Under the pieces are notes generated by a model. The model was not told where the DNA came from. It saw only the letters and a list, made by a program, of their open reading frames with translations, and searched no databases. Shown one piece after another: positions 39,824 to 49,055 of a DNA stretch of 64,000 nucleotides. Source of the DNA: Candidatus Hydrogenedentota bacterium (GTDB lineage: Bacteria; Hydrogenedentota; Hydrogenedentia; Hydrogenedentales; SLHB01); NCBI GenBank assembly GCA_045863335.1, contig BTVY01000014.1:69862-133861 (forward strand), given 5' to 3'. The stretch's first letter is position 1, and each line of letters starts with the position of its first letter. Made by a program: the position numbers and the translations under genes.

Positions 39824-40792
39824 ATGCGCGCACTGGTAACCGGCGGCGCCGGATTCATCGGATCCCATTTGTGCGAGGCGCTGGTGGCTCGCGGGGATAC
39901 GGTGTTCGTGCTGGACGATCTCAGCACCGGACGCTTCGAGAATATCGAGCACCTCGACAACGTGACCTGTGTCGTCGACTCGACGCTCAACCAGGAAATC
40001 GTCCGCGAACTCGTGCGCGAAGTCGATGTCGTTTTCCACCTCGCGGCGACCTTGGGCGTGCAGCTCGTTGTCGATGAACCCATCCGGACCATCGTCAACA
40101 ACATCCGCGGCACCGAAACCGTTCTGGAAGAGGCCTGCCGCTACCGCCGGCGGTTGCTGCTCGCGTCCACCAGCGAGGTCTACGGCAAGAGCGACCGCGA
40201 AGTCTTCAAGGAAGACGACGACCGCATCATGGGTTCCACCCACCTGAGCCGGTGGAGCTACGCCGAGTCCAAGGCTATCGACGAATTCCTCGCCCTCGCC
40301 TATTGGCGGAGCAAGCGGCTCTCCGGGGTAACGGTGCGGTTGTTCAATACCGTTGGCCCTCGTCAGACCGGGCGCTACGGGATGGTCATTCCCCGTTTCG
40401 TACGGGCGGCCCTGCGCAACGAACCGCTGACCGTCTACGGCGACGGCAAACAGACGCGTTGTTTCGCCTACGTGGGCGACGTGGTGCCCGCGCTCATGCA
40501 ACTCATGGATCGCAGCGATCTCAACGGCGAGATCTTCAATGTGGGAAGCACCGAGCGCATTACCATCGCCGAGCTTGCCGAGCAAGTCATCCAACGGACC
40601 GGCAGCAAATCCGAGATATCCTTCATCCCCTACGAGAAAGCCTACGGCTCGGGCTACGAAGACATGCGGCACCGCGCGCCATGCCTCGAAAAAATCGGGG
40701 CCGCCATCGGCTACGCGCCGAAGACGGCCCTCGATGCCATACTCGATTCCGTCATCGCCGAAATGCGGAAGCATCCCGCATCGGACGAGTAA
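39824..40792 (+). CDS. NAD-dependent nucleotide-sugar epimerase/dehydratase
   Basis: MRALVTGGAGFIGSHL, STSEVYG, YAESK, RLFNTVGPRQ; the track's upstream extension over aroD is spurious. Confidence 0.92.
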   Translation: MRALVTGGAGFIGSHLCEALVARGDTVFVLDDLSTGRFENIEHLDNVTCVVDSTLNQEIVRELVREVDVVFHLAATLGVQLVVDEPIRTIVNNIRGTETVLEEACRYRRRLLLASTSEVYGKSDREVFKEDDDRIMGSTHLSRWSYAESKAIDEFLALAYWRSKRLSGVTVRLFNTVGPRQTGRYGMVIPRFVRAALRNEPLTVYGDGKQTRCFAYVGDVVPALMQLMDRSDLNGEIFNVGSTERITIAELAEQVIQRTGSKSEISFIPYEKAYGSGYEDMRHRAPCLEKIGAAIGYAPKTALDAILDSVIAEMRKHPASDE

Positions 40793-40807
40793 CGGTTCGC
40801 CTGACGT

Positions 40808-42658
40808 TTAGCGCAACGGCCGCGTCTCAATCGTTTGTACCTGCGCGTCGGGAGGCAACTGGAATTCATCCTGCCGGATGGGTTGCACCGGCCCGCCTTG
40901 CGTGCGCACCCATTGCTTGCCATCTTCCTCAATCGTCGCAGACACCGGAACCGGTTCCATGTTTTTGTTCTCAATCTTTAGCCAGATGTCAAAAGGATCC
41001 TCCGAATCCGCAATGATGGGCACGATATTCTGCGCGTAGATGGGGCCCGTCATTGCCACGACATCCACGGCTCCGTACCCTTCGTTCTCCGGCGTACGAA
41101 TCAGGCGTGCCCGATAGACCTGGTAAGACGATGGATTCTCCGCGATACCAAACAGCTCCGGCTTGCTGGAGTTCACCTTCTTCGTCATGATGGGCCATCC
41201 GTTACGCAGTATCTCGAGTTTCAAACCCTTCGCATTCTTCACGTTCGCCACCAGATTCACCGGCATTTGCAGCGGAATGACGCCGCCAATACCGACGTCC
41301 GCTGGGCCAAGCGTGCCCTGAGTCTTCTTCTCGGCCATGAGCGTGTCGCGTTCCAGGTCCGCTTCCGTGATGACGATCTTGTCTTTCTCCTGCTTCACGT
41401 CCGCCGTGAGCACCAGGAAGGGCCCATCTGGTTCCGAAGAGACGACCGTCCGGCCTTGCCGCAACCCGTAGAGGATTCCGCGAACCGATTTCTCCGGCGC
41501 GTAGACCCAGGTGACAGGCGAACCCAATGGGACCTCCGGACTCGACGACAAGCTCCCCGCGATTGGCGCGGCTTTCAGGCCGCGCACCAATTCATAATCC
41601 CAAAACATGACCGCTTGCCCATTGGCCGAAAGATTCGGCACCGACACCGCCCGCGAAATGGAGTAGGCGAGTTTTCCATCCACCCGCCGCGCATACTCCG
41701 GAACGAAAGCCTCCAGCGCCACCGGCGGGACCGCGCGATAGTCCCGGCACCAGACCTCGATCGCGTTCACATAGCTCAGGCCGCGCTGCCACGGCGCGTT
41801 GGGAAAACACGGGTGCGCCACGGCGAAGATCCCCCCCTGCGCCTGGACCCGTTGGCACACCCCCTGGTCGTCCCGGATGTCGCTCGTCAGCTCCGGGACC
41901 GTGTGGGGCCCGTATATAAGCGCGACGCCGCGATCATCCGAACCCCATTCCATCGCCGGAATGAGCACAACCTTGGACGACTGAAACTCGGGATCGAAGC
42001 AGGCCTCCATGGTGTTTCGGTCGGTGATCGCGATGAAGTCCAGGCCGCGCTTCTCCGCTCGGGCCACCAGTTCCTTCACCGATTCTTTCCCGCCGCCATG
42101 AATCGAGCGGACGTGGAGGTCACCTTTGTACCAGCCCGCCTCCTTGGACAGGACCGGCGAATCGAAAGGGATCAACTCGGAATTGGGAAAACTGTCCGGA
42201 TCCGTCGGGTCCGTTTTTGCCGCCAGTTCCACCCTGTCTAAGACAAGATCATAATCTTGGTCAAAGGTGCGCAGGGGCCGATTGCCGCCCGCCCCAAGGA
42301 CCAGTTCCGTCGAGACCGTACCCACACCGCCGGGGGCGATAGTCACCGGCTGGATATCCGCCATAATCGGAATATCCCAGTCGTACACATAGACATAGAC
42401 CACATATTCCCCCGCGGGAATGGACGTCATGACTTTGCCGTCGTTGAGCCGGTACATCCGCTTTTCCCCGCCTTGAGCCGGGTACACCTCAATCTTGCCG
42501 GGGAGGTTCTGCTGCAGGACATTGGTTACCTCGACAAACAGGGAACCTTCACCCGCCGCGGGGGCGGCGCCCTCTGCGGCGCCCGCGCAAAGTGCCGGGA
42601 TTGCGAGGCTCCACCCCATCAGGGCCAGGCCCCACCACGTTCTACCCATTCTCTTCAT
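40808..42658 (-). CDS. Secreted CehA/McbA-family (PHP-like) metallohydrolase, possibly degenerate
   Basis: GWYKGDLHVRS, GLDFIAITDRN, AHP; R in place of H in the HxH and TDH motifs. Confidence 0.72.
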   Translation of the reverse strand: MKRMGRTWWGLALMGWSLAIPALCAGAAEGAAPAAGEGSLFVEVTNVLQQNLPGKIEVYPAQGGEKRMYRLNDGKVMTSIPAGEYVVYVYVYDWDIPIMADIQPVTIAPGGVGTVSTELVLGAGGNRPLRTFDQDYDLVLDRVELAAKTDPTDPDSFPNSELIPFDSPVLSKEAGWYKGDLHVRSIHGGGKESVKELVARAEKRGLDFIAITDRNTMEACFDPEFQSSKVVLIPAMEWGSDDRGVALIYGPHTVPELTSDIRDDQGVCQRVQAQGGIFAVAHPCFPNAPWQRGLSYVNAIEVWCRDYRAVPPVALEAFVPEYARRVDGKLAYSISRAVSVPNLSANGQAVMFWDYELVRGLKAAPIAGSLSSSPEVPLGSPVTWVYAPEKSVRGILYGLRQGRTVVSSEPDGPFLVLTADVKQEKDKIVITEADLERDTLMAEKKTQGTLGPADVGIGGVIPLQMPVNLVANVKNAKGLKLEILRNGWPIMTKKVNSSKPELFGIAENPSSYQVYRARLIRTPENEGYGAVDVVAMTGPIYAQNIVPIIADSEDPFDIWLKIENKNMEPVPVSATIEEDGKQWVRTQGGPVQPIRQDEFQLPPDAQVQTIETRPLR

Positions 42659-42692
42659 CTCACTACTCCCGTAATCCGCAGCTACATTTATG

Positions 42693-42726
42693 TTGCATCC
42701 TGCTTATATACTAGATACAATAGAAC
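42693..42726 (+). promoter_or_regulatory. Sigma-70 promoter overlapped by a YtrA-type operator
   Basis: TTGCAT(42693)-17 nt-TACAAT(42716); imperfect palindrome ATACTA-N7-TAGAAC at 42708-42726. Confidence 0.55.
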
Positions 42727-42854
42727 GCACATGAACTAGACATAGGCTCATGTGCTCACGCGTACTCACGACCCGTTTGGCCGTACCAAACTTGTCTGAG
42801 GATTGGGCAACGCATCGTACGATAACGATGCGGTAACGAGAGGAGGAAGTCAAG

Positions 42855-43295
42855 ATGCTCTCCAGTATCGATATCAACAGCAGCGTGGCTGTGTACGTGC
42901 AAATTGAAAATCACGTGCAATTCGCCATCGCGTCGGGGAAGCTCAAAGCCGGCGATCAGCTGCCGTCCGTGCGCGAACTTTCAGAACGGCTCGGTGTCAA
43001 CCCCAACACAGTGGCAAAAGCCTACCGCGACCTGGAGGTGATGGGGCTTTTGTACACGCGCCGTGGCATGGGCGTCTTCGTGAACAAGGGCATCGAAGCG
43101 AAGTGCCGCGAGGATTGCCGGAAACGAATCATCGGCCGTATGCACGAAGTCGTTGCCGAAGCGAAGGCGGCGGGAATGACGAAGGCCGAAGTTTCGGAAG
43201 TCGCGGAAAAAAGCTACGCATCCGACGCTGGCCCATACAGCGCGACCCCCAATTCGCTTACCGCGCTCGCCAAGGGAAAGAAGAAAGCGAAATAG
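42855..43295 (+). CDS. GntR family (YtrA subfamily) transcriptional regulator
   Basis: VYVQI...IASG.L..GDQLPSVRELS..LGVNPNTVAKAYRDLE..G....RRGMGVFV; AGGAGG RBS. Confidence 0.92.
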   Translation: MLSSIDINSSVAVYVQIENHVQFAIASGKLKAGDQLPSVRELSERLGVNPNTVAKAYRDLEVMGLLYTRRGMGVFVNKGIEAKCREDCRKRIIGRMHEVVAEAKAAGMTKAEVSEVAEKSYASDAGPYSATPNSLTALAKGKKKAK

Positions 43296-43493
43296 GGCAT
43301 CGTCTCAAATCTTGTAAAACGTGAACTGGGCCATTCTCAGCGAGGATGGCCCAGTTGTATTTTGCTCTTAAGTCGTTATTTGCCAGTTCGTTGCGTAGTA
43401 GAACCCAAAATCGGTGTAGGTCAACGCCTGACAGGCAGCCCAATAGACTGAGAAAAGCGCCCAAGAATCGCACTTTCAAGAAGAAGGAAATAG

Positions 43494-43545
43494 TTGACAT
43501 TATCCCCGTTCTCATCTAAACTTACTACAGAACACTTGGGAACAC
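43494..43545 (+). promoter_or_regulatory. Sigma-70 promoter with downstream GAACAC direct repeat
   Basis: TTGACA(43494)-17 nt-TAAACT(43517); GAACAC-ttgg-GAACAC just downstream. Confidence 0.55.
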
Positions 43546-43642
43546 GAATTCGGCGGCAATACCTTCAAGCGCACTTGAAGGAAAGGGTGCAATGCCGTCC
43601 CGAATTCAAGGCTGCACCATAGCAGACTGGCAGATAGGCGCA

Positions 43643-44203
43643 ATGGAATCGATCGAACATTCGACGAGCCCTAAGCCCGCCATCGGGCAGGATGATCGCG
43701 AGGCCCCTGAATCGGCTGTACATCACGAAGGGGGAGCGCGCGGGGTCATGGGGGAAACCATCGAACAGGCCGGCCGCCTGTCCCACGGGGCAAAGGTCAA
43801 GCGCGGCCAATTGAGCGCGGTTCAACAGGGCCGCTACGGCACGGGCCCCGCTCCATACGGATATCGGCGCGGCGGCGACGGCGAGAAGCCGCTCGTTGTC
43901 GATGACCGCGAAGCCGAGGTGGTCCGCATCATCTTTCGCGAGTACCTGAACACCCGCAGTACCGGGAAGGTCGTATCATACCTGCATTCCAAAGGAATCT
44001 TTACCCGCAAAGGCAACAAGTGGTCGCGGCAGGCCATCGCCATTATCCTCTCCAACCGGACCTACCGCGGCCGCGTCAGCTACGGCGATGTGGAAACGCA
44101 GGGGATTCACGATCCCATTATTGACCCCGCGTTGTTTTACAAGGCGAACGCATTGCGGGAACGCCGGCGCAGGGGCAAAGATTCAGGCGACCGGTTCGAG
44201 TAG
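43643..44203 (+). CDS. Stand-alone serine-recombinase DNA-binding (Recombinase) domain, no catalytic domain
   Basis: G..PYGY, EAEVVRIIFREY, W....I..ILSNRTYRG, HDPIIDPALF; no N-terminal Y.RVS catalytic motif; start uncertain. Confidence 0.75.
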   Translation: MESIEHSTSPKPAIGQDDREAPESAVHHEGGARGVMGETIEQAGRLSHGAKVKRGQLSAVQQGRYGTGPAPYGYRRGGDGEKPLVVDDREAEVVRIIFREYLNTRSTGKVVSYLHSKGIFTRKGNKWSRQAIAIILSNRTYRGRVSYGDVETQGIHDPIIDPALFYKANALRERRRRGKDSGDRFE

Positions 44204-44316
44204 CATCTTCGTTCCGAATCCGTTGAAGGGTTCCCGTTTTCACCCGTATAATGCCCGGCACGGGTCGTGTGCCCTCGCGAGCCGCAGCAATCCACATACG
44301 GGAAACGACAAAATCC

Positions 44317-44856
44317 ATGCTTGACCGACAAACCACGGCATTGGTCGTTATCGACTTTCAAGAAAGACTCCTGCCCAAGATTCTAGGTCACGAATCCGTC
44401 TTGGATCAGGCCATCAAACTCGTGAAATTCTCCCGCGGCCTGGGTATCCCTATCCTGGTTTCCGAACAATACCCAAAGGGCCTTGGCCACACGGTTCCCT
44501 CCCTCGCAGCGGAACTCGACGGTATTACGCCCATGGAAAAGACGGCGTTTGGGTGTCTCGGCGATCGCGCCATCGCGGAAGCACTTGCGGCAACCGGCAG
44601 GCGGCAGCTTGTTTTGACCGGAATCGAGGCCCACGTTTGCGTAATGCAAACTGCGCTAATGGCGATTGACGAAGGCTATGAAGTCTTCGTGCCGCGCGAC
44701 GCCGTGGGGTCGCGGTTGCAGCCCGAATACGAGGCCGGGCTTCACCGCCTCGAGCGCGCGGGGGTAGAACTCGTCACGACGGAAATGGCCCTCTTCGAGA
44801 TTCTTCGGGAGGCGGGAACGCCGGAATTCAAACAAACGCTGCCCCTTATCAAATGA
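44317..44856 (+). CDS. Isochorismatase-family hydrolase
   Basis: LVVIDFQERL, EQYPKGLGHT, GIEAHVCVMQT, DAVGSR. Confidence 0.92.
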   Translation: MLDRQTTALVVIDFQERLLPKILGHESVLDQAIKLVKFSRGLGIPILVSEQYPKGLGHTVPSLAAELDGITPMEKTAFGCLGDRAIAEALAATGRRQLVLTGIEAHVCVMQTALMAIDEGYEVFVPRDAVGSRLQPEYEAGLHRLERAGVELVTTEMALFEILREAGTPEFKQTLPLIK

Positions 44857-44898
44857 GCTTGCACACGGGGGAACGATTAGGAGTAGGAGTACATTGCC

Positions 44899-46146
44899 AT
44901 GCCGCTTGACCTGCAGTTCACGGCCGCTCTGGGGATAGGATTGCTGGCGGCGTGCGGCGCGACCGTCCCCGCAGCCGCGGCCCCGCTGGTTACCGCTTAC
45001 GACGACGATGGCGCCATTACGGTCGATGGCAAACGCACCGTAATCATCGGCACCTACCATGTTGGGAATCGCCACACCGCTCCGGAACCCGATCAAGCCG
45101 CCTACGACGAACTCGCGCAAGCGGGGTTCAACCTGGTACACGGCAATGCGAAGACGCTCGACATGATCCACACCGCAGGATTGATGGCCTGGACCAATGC
45201 GGGCACGCTCGATCTAGACACGCGCGAGGAAAGCGCGCAGAAGATACTCGACGCGGTGAATGCCGTTAAGGATCATCCCGCCCTCGCCTTTCTGGAAACG
45301 GTCGATGAGCCCGCCTGGACGTGGATGAAAGCCGAGGCGCGCATTCCGGCGGAGGTCTTGATCGAAGCCTATCCCATCATCAAGGGCGCCGATCCCAATC
45401 ACCTGCTCTATACGAATCACGCGCCCACCAATCTTGTCAAAACCATGCGCGCCTATAACGACGGCACCGATATCGTCGCCATGGACATCTACCCCGTCAA
45501 TCCCGGCGGACTCAAGCACAGCTATGCGTTGTTTGAAGACGGCTACCAGGGCGACCTCAACAACATTTACATCAGCCAGGTCGGCGAGTATGTAGACAAG
45601 ATGCGCGAAGTGGCCGGGCCGAACCGTCCGCTGTTCATGGTGCTCCAGGGATTCGCATGGGAGATGCTGCTCGACGAAGCCGAACGGCGCGAAGAGAAGA
45701 TCCTGTACCCCACTTATGCGCAAAGCCGGTTCATGGCATTCCAATCCTTGATCAAAGGCGCGAATGGAATCATCTATTGGGGCACGGCGTATACGCCGCA
45801 ACCCTCGCAGTTCTGGACCGACCTGAAACGGGTCGTGCGCGAGGTCGCCGATTTGGCCGAACCCCTGGCGGAACGCAGCTCCAATTTCGCTCTCGAAATC
45901 GACTATCATGAATTAGGCCGTTCCGTGGACGATGGCGTTCAATGGCTCGCCAAGGAGCACGACGGCAGCTTGTACCTGTTCACCTGCAACGCCGACAAGA
46001 ATCCGTGCCGCGCTACGTTGTCCGGCCTCGACGGATGGACCAACTGCACGGTACTGAATGAAAACCGGAACGTGCCGATTGAGAACGGCGCCATCACGGA
46101 CGACTGGAAGCGGTTCGACGTCCACATCTACCGCTTCAGCAAATAG
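44899..46146 (+). CDS. Exported glycoside-hydrolase-like TIM-barrel protein
   Basis: Signal peptide; AGFNLV, HPALA....DEP, DIYP, GANGIIYW. Confidence 0.55.
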   Translation: MPLDLQFTAALGIGLLAACGATVPAAAAPLVTAYDDDGAITVDGKRTVIIGTYHVGNRHTAPEPDQAAYDELAQAGFNLVHGNAKTLDMIHTAGLMAWTNAGTLDLDTREESAQKILDAVNAVKDHPALAFLETVDEPAWTWMKAEARIPAEVLIEAYPIIKGADPNHLLYTNHAPTNLVKTMRAYNDGTDIVAMDIYPVNPGGLKHSYALFEDGYQGDLNNIYISQVGEYVDKMREVAGPNRPLFMVLQGFAWEMLLDEAERREEKILYPTYAQSRFMAFQSLIKGANGIIYWGTAYTPQPSQFWTDLKRVVREVADLAEPLAERSSNFALEIDYHELGRSVDDGVQWLAKEHDGSLYLFTCNADKNPCRATLSGLDGWTNCTVLNENRNVPIENGAITDDWKRFDVHIYRFSK

Positions 46147-46223
46147 TCTGCAAGGAAGACGAATTGGTTCACACTTTCGCCTCGGCAACGCGGTTTTCGT
46201 GGTTCGAGCATAGGGAGATTAAC

Positions 46224-47411
46224 GTGAGAGCGTTTACCGTACTTGCGTCATTGATGTTGGTTGGCACTGCGCACGCGGAGCTCTGGAATGTCATCACCCC
46301 CCCGAATGATCTGAGCGGTTGGACCGTCGTCAGCGGCGACTGGATTGTCGAAGACGGTGTCGTCATCGGCAAAGGAACGGCTGACGAACCCGCGGTGCTC
46401 CTGTGGGATCAGACCATCATCGACTTCTCGATGAGCGCGGAGTTCCGGACGCAGAACCCCGCCTCCGGCGGGATCTATTTGCGCGCGCACCAGCTTCCTG
46501 CGCTTCCCTTGCCGGAAGGCGTCGATGCCGCGGACGCGCCGCGCGTACTCTATGGCTACCGTCTAGGAATTGACACTACCGGCACAGGCGCTATGGGCAG
46601 TTTGACCGATCCCAACGGCGTGGGTTCCGTTTTCGGCGCGCAATCCGCCGCGGTGGAGTCTGTCCGGGCGGACGAGTGGAACGCGGTGACCGCGACCATG
46701 AAGGAGAATGGCGTCTCCATCACAGTCAACGACGAAATTGCGTTGACCGGTTCGGATACGGCCTATACAAAGGGCGCGCTCGCACTGGTTGTGAACGCGG
46801 CGTCCGAGATCCATTTCCAGAATATCCGCATTCACGATCTGGGCCGCGCGGGAGAATGGCGCGCCTTATTTAACGGCGAGAACTTCGAGGGCTGGGTCGA
46901 ATGGGGCGAGGAAGAGTGGGCCGTCGAAGACGGCGTCATCGCCGGGCGCAGCGGCCCGAAGCAGTCGGAAGGATACCTGGCCACGGAAGACACGTGGAAA
47001 GACTTCCACGTGCGTGGCGTATTCAAGATGCTCGGCGAAGGCAACTACGGCCTCTTCTATCACTCCACCATCGCGTACAACGAAGAGCGGTATCCCGTGA
47101 TTTCCGGCTTGCAGGGTGAAGTCGCGCCGGGCTATCCCAGTCCCAGCGGCTGGGTGTATGAGAGCTACAAGCGCGGGTGGCTCGTCGAGCCGGACATGAC
47201 CGACTTCGCCGCGTACGCGCTCAATCCCGGTGACTGGAGCGAGATTGAGATCAAGTCGCAGGGCAATCGCATCATGACCTGGGTCAATGGCGTGCGCGTG
47301 CTCGACTGGACCGATCCAGCGCCGAATCTGTCCGAAGGCGCCTTCGCGCTGCAACTGCATACCGGCGGCGCGGCGGGTATTCTCTGGAAAGATCTGTACG
47401 TCAAGAAGTAA
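46224..47411 (+). CDS. Tandem DUF1080 (3-keto-disaccharide hydrolase-like) protein
   Basis: Two repeats of L.GW...W.VEDG.I...; LFNGENFEGW; ALQLH. Confidence 0.85.
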   Translation: MRAFTVLASLMLVGTAHAELWNVITPPNDLSGWTVVSGDWIVEDGVVIGKGTADEPAVLLWDQTIIDFSMSAEFRTQNPASGGIYLRAHQLPALPLPEGVDAADAPRVLYGYRLGIDTTGTGAMGSLTDPNGVGSVFGAQSAAVESVRADEWNAVTATMKENGVSITVNDEIALTGSDTAYTKGALALVVNAASEIHFQNIRIHDLGRAGEWRALFNGENFEGWVEWGEEEWAVEDGVIAGRSGPKQSEGYLATEDTWKDFHVRGVFKMLGEGNYGLFYHSTIAYNEERYPVISGLQGEVAPGYPSPSGWVYESYKRGWLVEPDMTDFAAYALNPGDWSEIEIKSQGNRIMTWVNGVRVLDWTDPAPNLSEGAFALQLHTGGAAGILWKDLYVKK

Positions 47412-47438
47412 ACCAAGGTTGGTCTTTGAAAGGATAGT

Positions 47439-48956
47439 ATGAGCCCGAAGAAAAAGCAGACGGGACCCAGCGCCTATCAGGTCAAATTCACTGTTCGAGA
47501 TATCGAACCGCCCATTTGGCGGCGCCTCTTGATCTCCGGTGAAGATACACTTGCCGATCTGCACGACGCAATACAGATCTGCTTTGGGTGGGACAACAGC
47601 CACTTGCACGAATTCAATATCGGCAAAAAGCAGTACGGCACCCAGGACGAAGATTGTCCGCCAGAAGTTCTGGATGATGAAGCGTACACTCTCGATCAAA
47701 TTCTCAAAGGCAAGAAGGCGAAATTCGAGTACGTCTACGATTTCGGCGACAACTGGAGAGTGGATGTCCTCGTCGAAGACGTTCAACCGTTCGACCCCGA
47801 CCAGGTGTATCCGCTTTGCGTGGACGGTAGCCGGCGCGGTCCCGCGGAAGACAGCGGCGGAGCATGGGGCTACATGTCCAAGCTGGAGGTACTTCGGAAT
47901 CCCGAAGATTCGGAGTATGAGTTTGTCGTGGAATGGATAGGCGAAGATTGGGATCCCGAGCATTTCGATTTGCAAGAAATTAATGCGGCCCTGCAGGCGG
48001 AACCCGAAGACTATGAAATCGACTTCGAGAATTTGAGCGAAGAGGAACGCGACGAAATGCTCGAGTCAATGCTCGATCAAGACCCGTTCCTCGAAGAGCG
48101 GGTCGCCCGAATGCACGATCGAATCGCCTCCGTCCACGGCCTTAAGACACCCGAGGCCGTACACGACTTCATCGAAGCGATGGAACCCGAAGAGTTGCGT
48201 GACTTCGCCATGAAACACATGGCCAATAATCCAAAGGATGCCGCCTTTGAATATGCGCTCCTCGCCCTGGAAGCGGACGATCCCGCGGAAGCGCTGCAGT
48301 TGGCAACCTCGGCGCTCGAACTGGATCCCGAAAACGTCGATGCTCGCATTGCCATGTCGAATGTCGCACTCAGCGAAGGTGACGTGGACCGTGCGATGGC
48401 GCATCTCCGGGAAGGGCATGCGGTCGCGGCGTCCGCCCTGGGTGACAAACTGGCCGACTACAGCCTCGACTTCGGAGACTTCGTCGAAACGCGTCCGTAT
48501 ATGCGCGTACTGTACACGCTCGCTAACGCGTTGGTTGCGTCGGATGAAACTGAAGAGGCCGTGGGGTATTTCCGGGAGATGCTCGATCGCGAACCCAACG
48601 ATTCCATGGGTGCTCGCTACAGCCTGGCGGGCGCCTACCTCGAGTTGAGGCAAATACCAGAGGCTCGCGCGGTAATCCGCGAATACTATACCGACGGCGA
48701 CCCCATCCTCCCCTGGGCGCACGTGCTGGAGCGGTTCATGGCGGGCAAGAAGAAAGAAGCGGAAGCGGGACTCGAGGAAGCCATCGCTGCGAATCCACTG
48801 ATGGCCACCAGCCTGTTGGACCCCGAGTCGATTCCCGATCTGGATGAGTCGGACCTGGGACTTACGACCAGGATGACCTTGGCGACTTTTGGAAAAGCCT
48901 GGCTTGAGAACGAAAAGGCGATTGAATGGCTCGGGTCCAAAGTCTACGGCAGATGA
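47439..48956 (+). CDS. pRiA4b ORF-3 domain protein with C-terminal TPR region
   Basis: PPIWRRLLI, LHDAIQ..FGW.NSHLHEF, YVYDFGDNW, PAEDSGG; C-terminal ETRPYMR...PNDSMGARY. Confidence 0.85.
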   Translation: MSPKKKQTGPSAYQVKFTVRDIEPPIWRRLLISGEDTLADLHDAIQICFGWDNSHLHEFNIGKKQYGTQDEDCPPEVLDDEAYTLDQILKGKKAKFEYVYDFGDNWRVDVLVEDVQPFDPDQVYPLCVDGSRRGPAEDSGGAWGYMSKLEVLRNPEDSEYEFVVEWIGEDWDPEHFDLQEINAALQAEPEDYEIDFENLSEEERDEMLESMLDQDPFLEERVARMHDRIASVHGLKTPEAVHDFIEAMEPEELRDFAMKHMANNPKDAAFEYALLALEADDPAEALQLATSALELDPENVDARIAMSNVALSEGDVDRAMAHLREGHAVAASALGDKLADYSLDFGDFVETRPYMRVLYTLANALVASDETEEAVGYFREMLDREPNDSMGARYSLAGAYLELRQIPEARAVIREYYTDGDPILPWAHVLERFMAGKKKEAEAGLEEAIAANPLMATSLLDPESIPDLDESDLGLTTRMTLATFGKAWLENEKAIEWLGSKVYGR

Positions 48957-49055
48957 CTGTCCGTGCACCTGCGTCGGTGCGGCCACCAGCGCCTGCGCGC
49001 AAAGACGGGGGCGCTTCCCCACGGTTCGCCTTAAACTACGCACCGGCCGCGTCTC

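Noticed and set aside
43508-43545. LexA/SOS box at the recombinase-domain promoter
   Set aside because: GAAC spacing (N6, direct) fits neither GAAC-N4-GTTC nor GAAC-N7-GAAC; kept only as an unassigned direct repeat.
47439-48956. Plasmid or mobile origin implied by the pRiA4b ORF-3 domain
   Set aside because: The domain is common on chromosomes, and no rep, transposase or terminal repeats are nearby.
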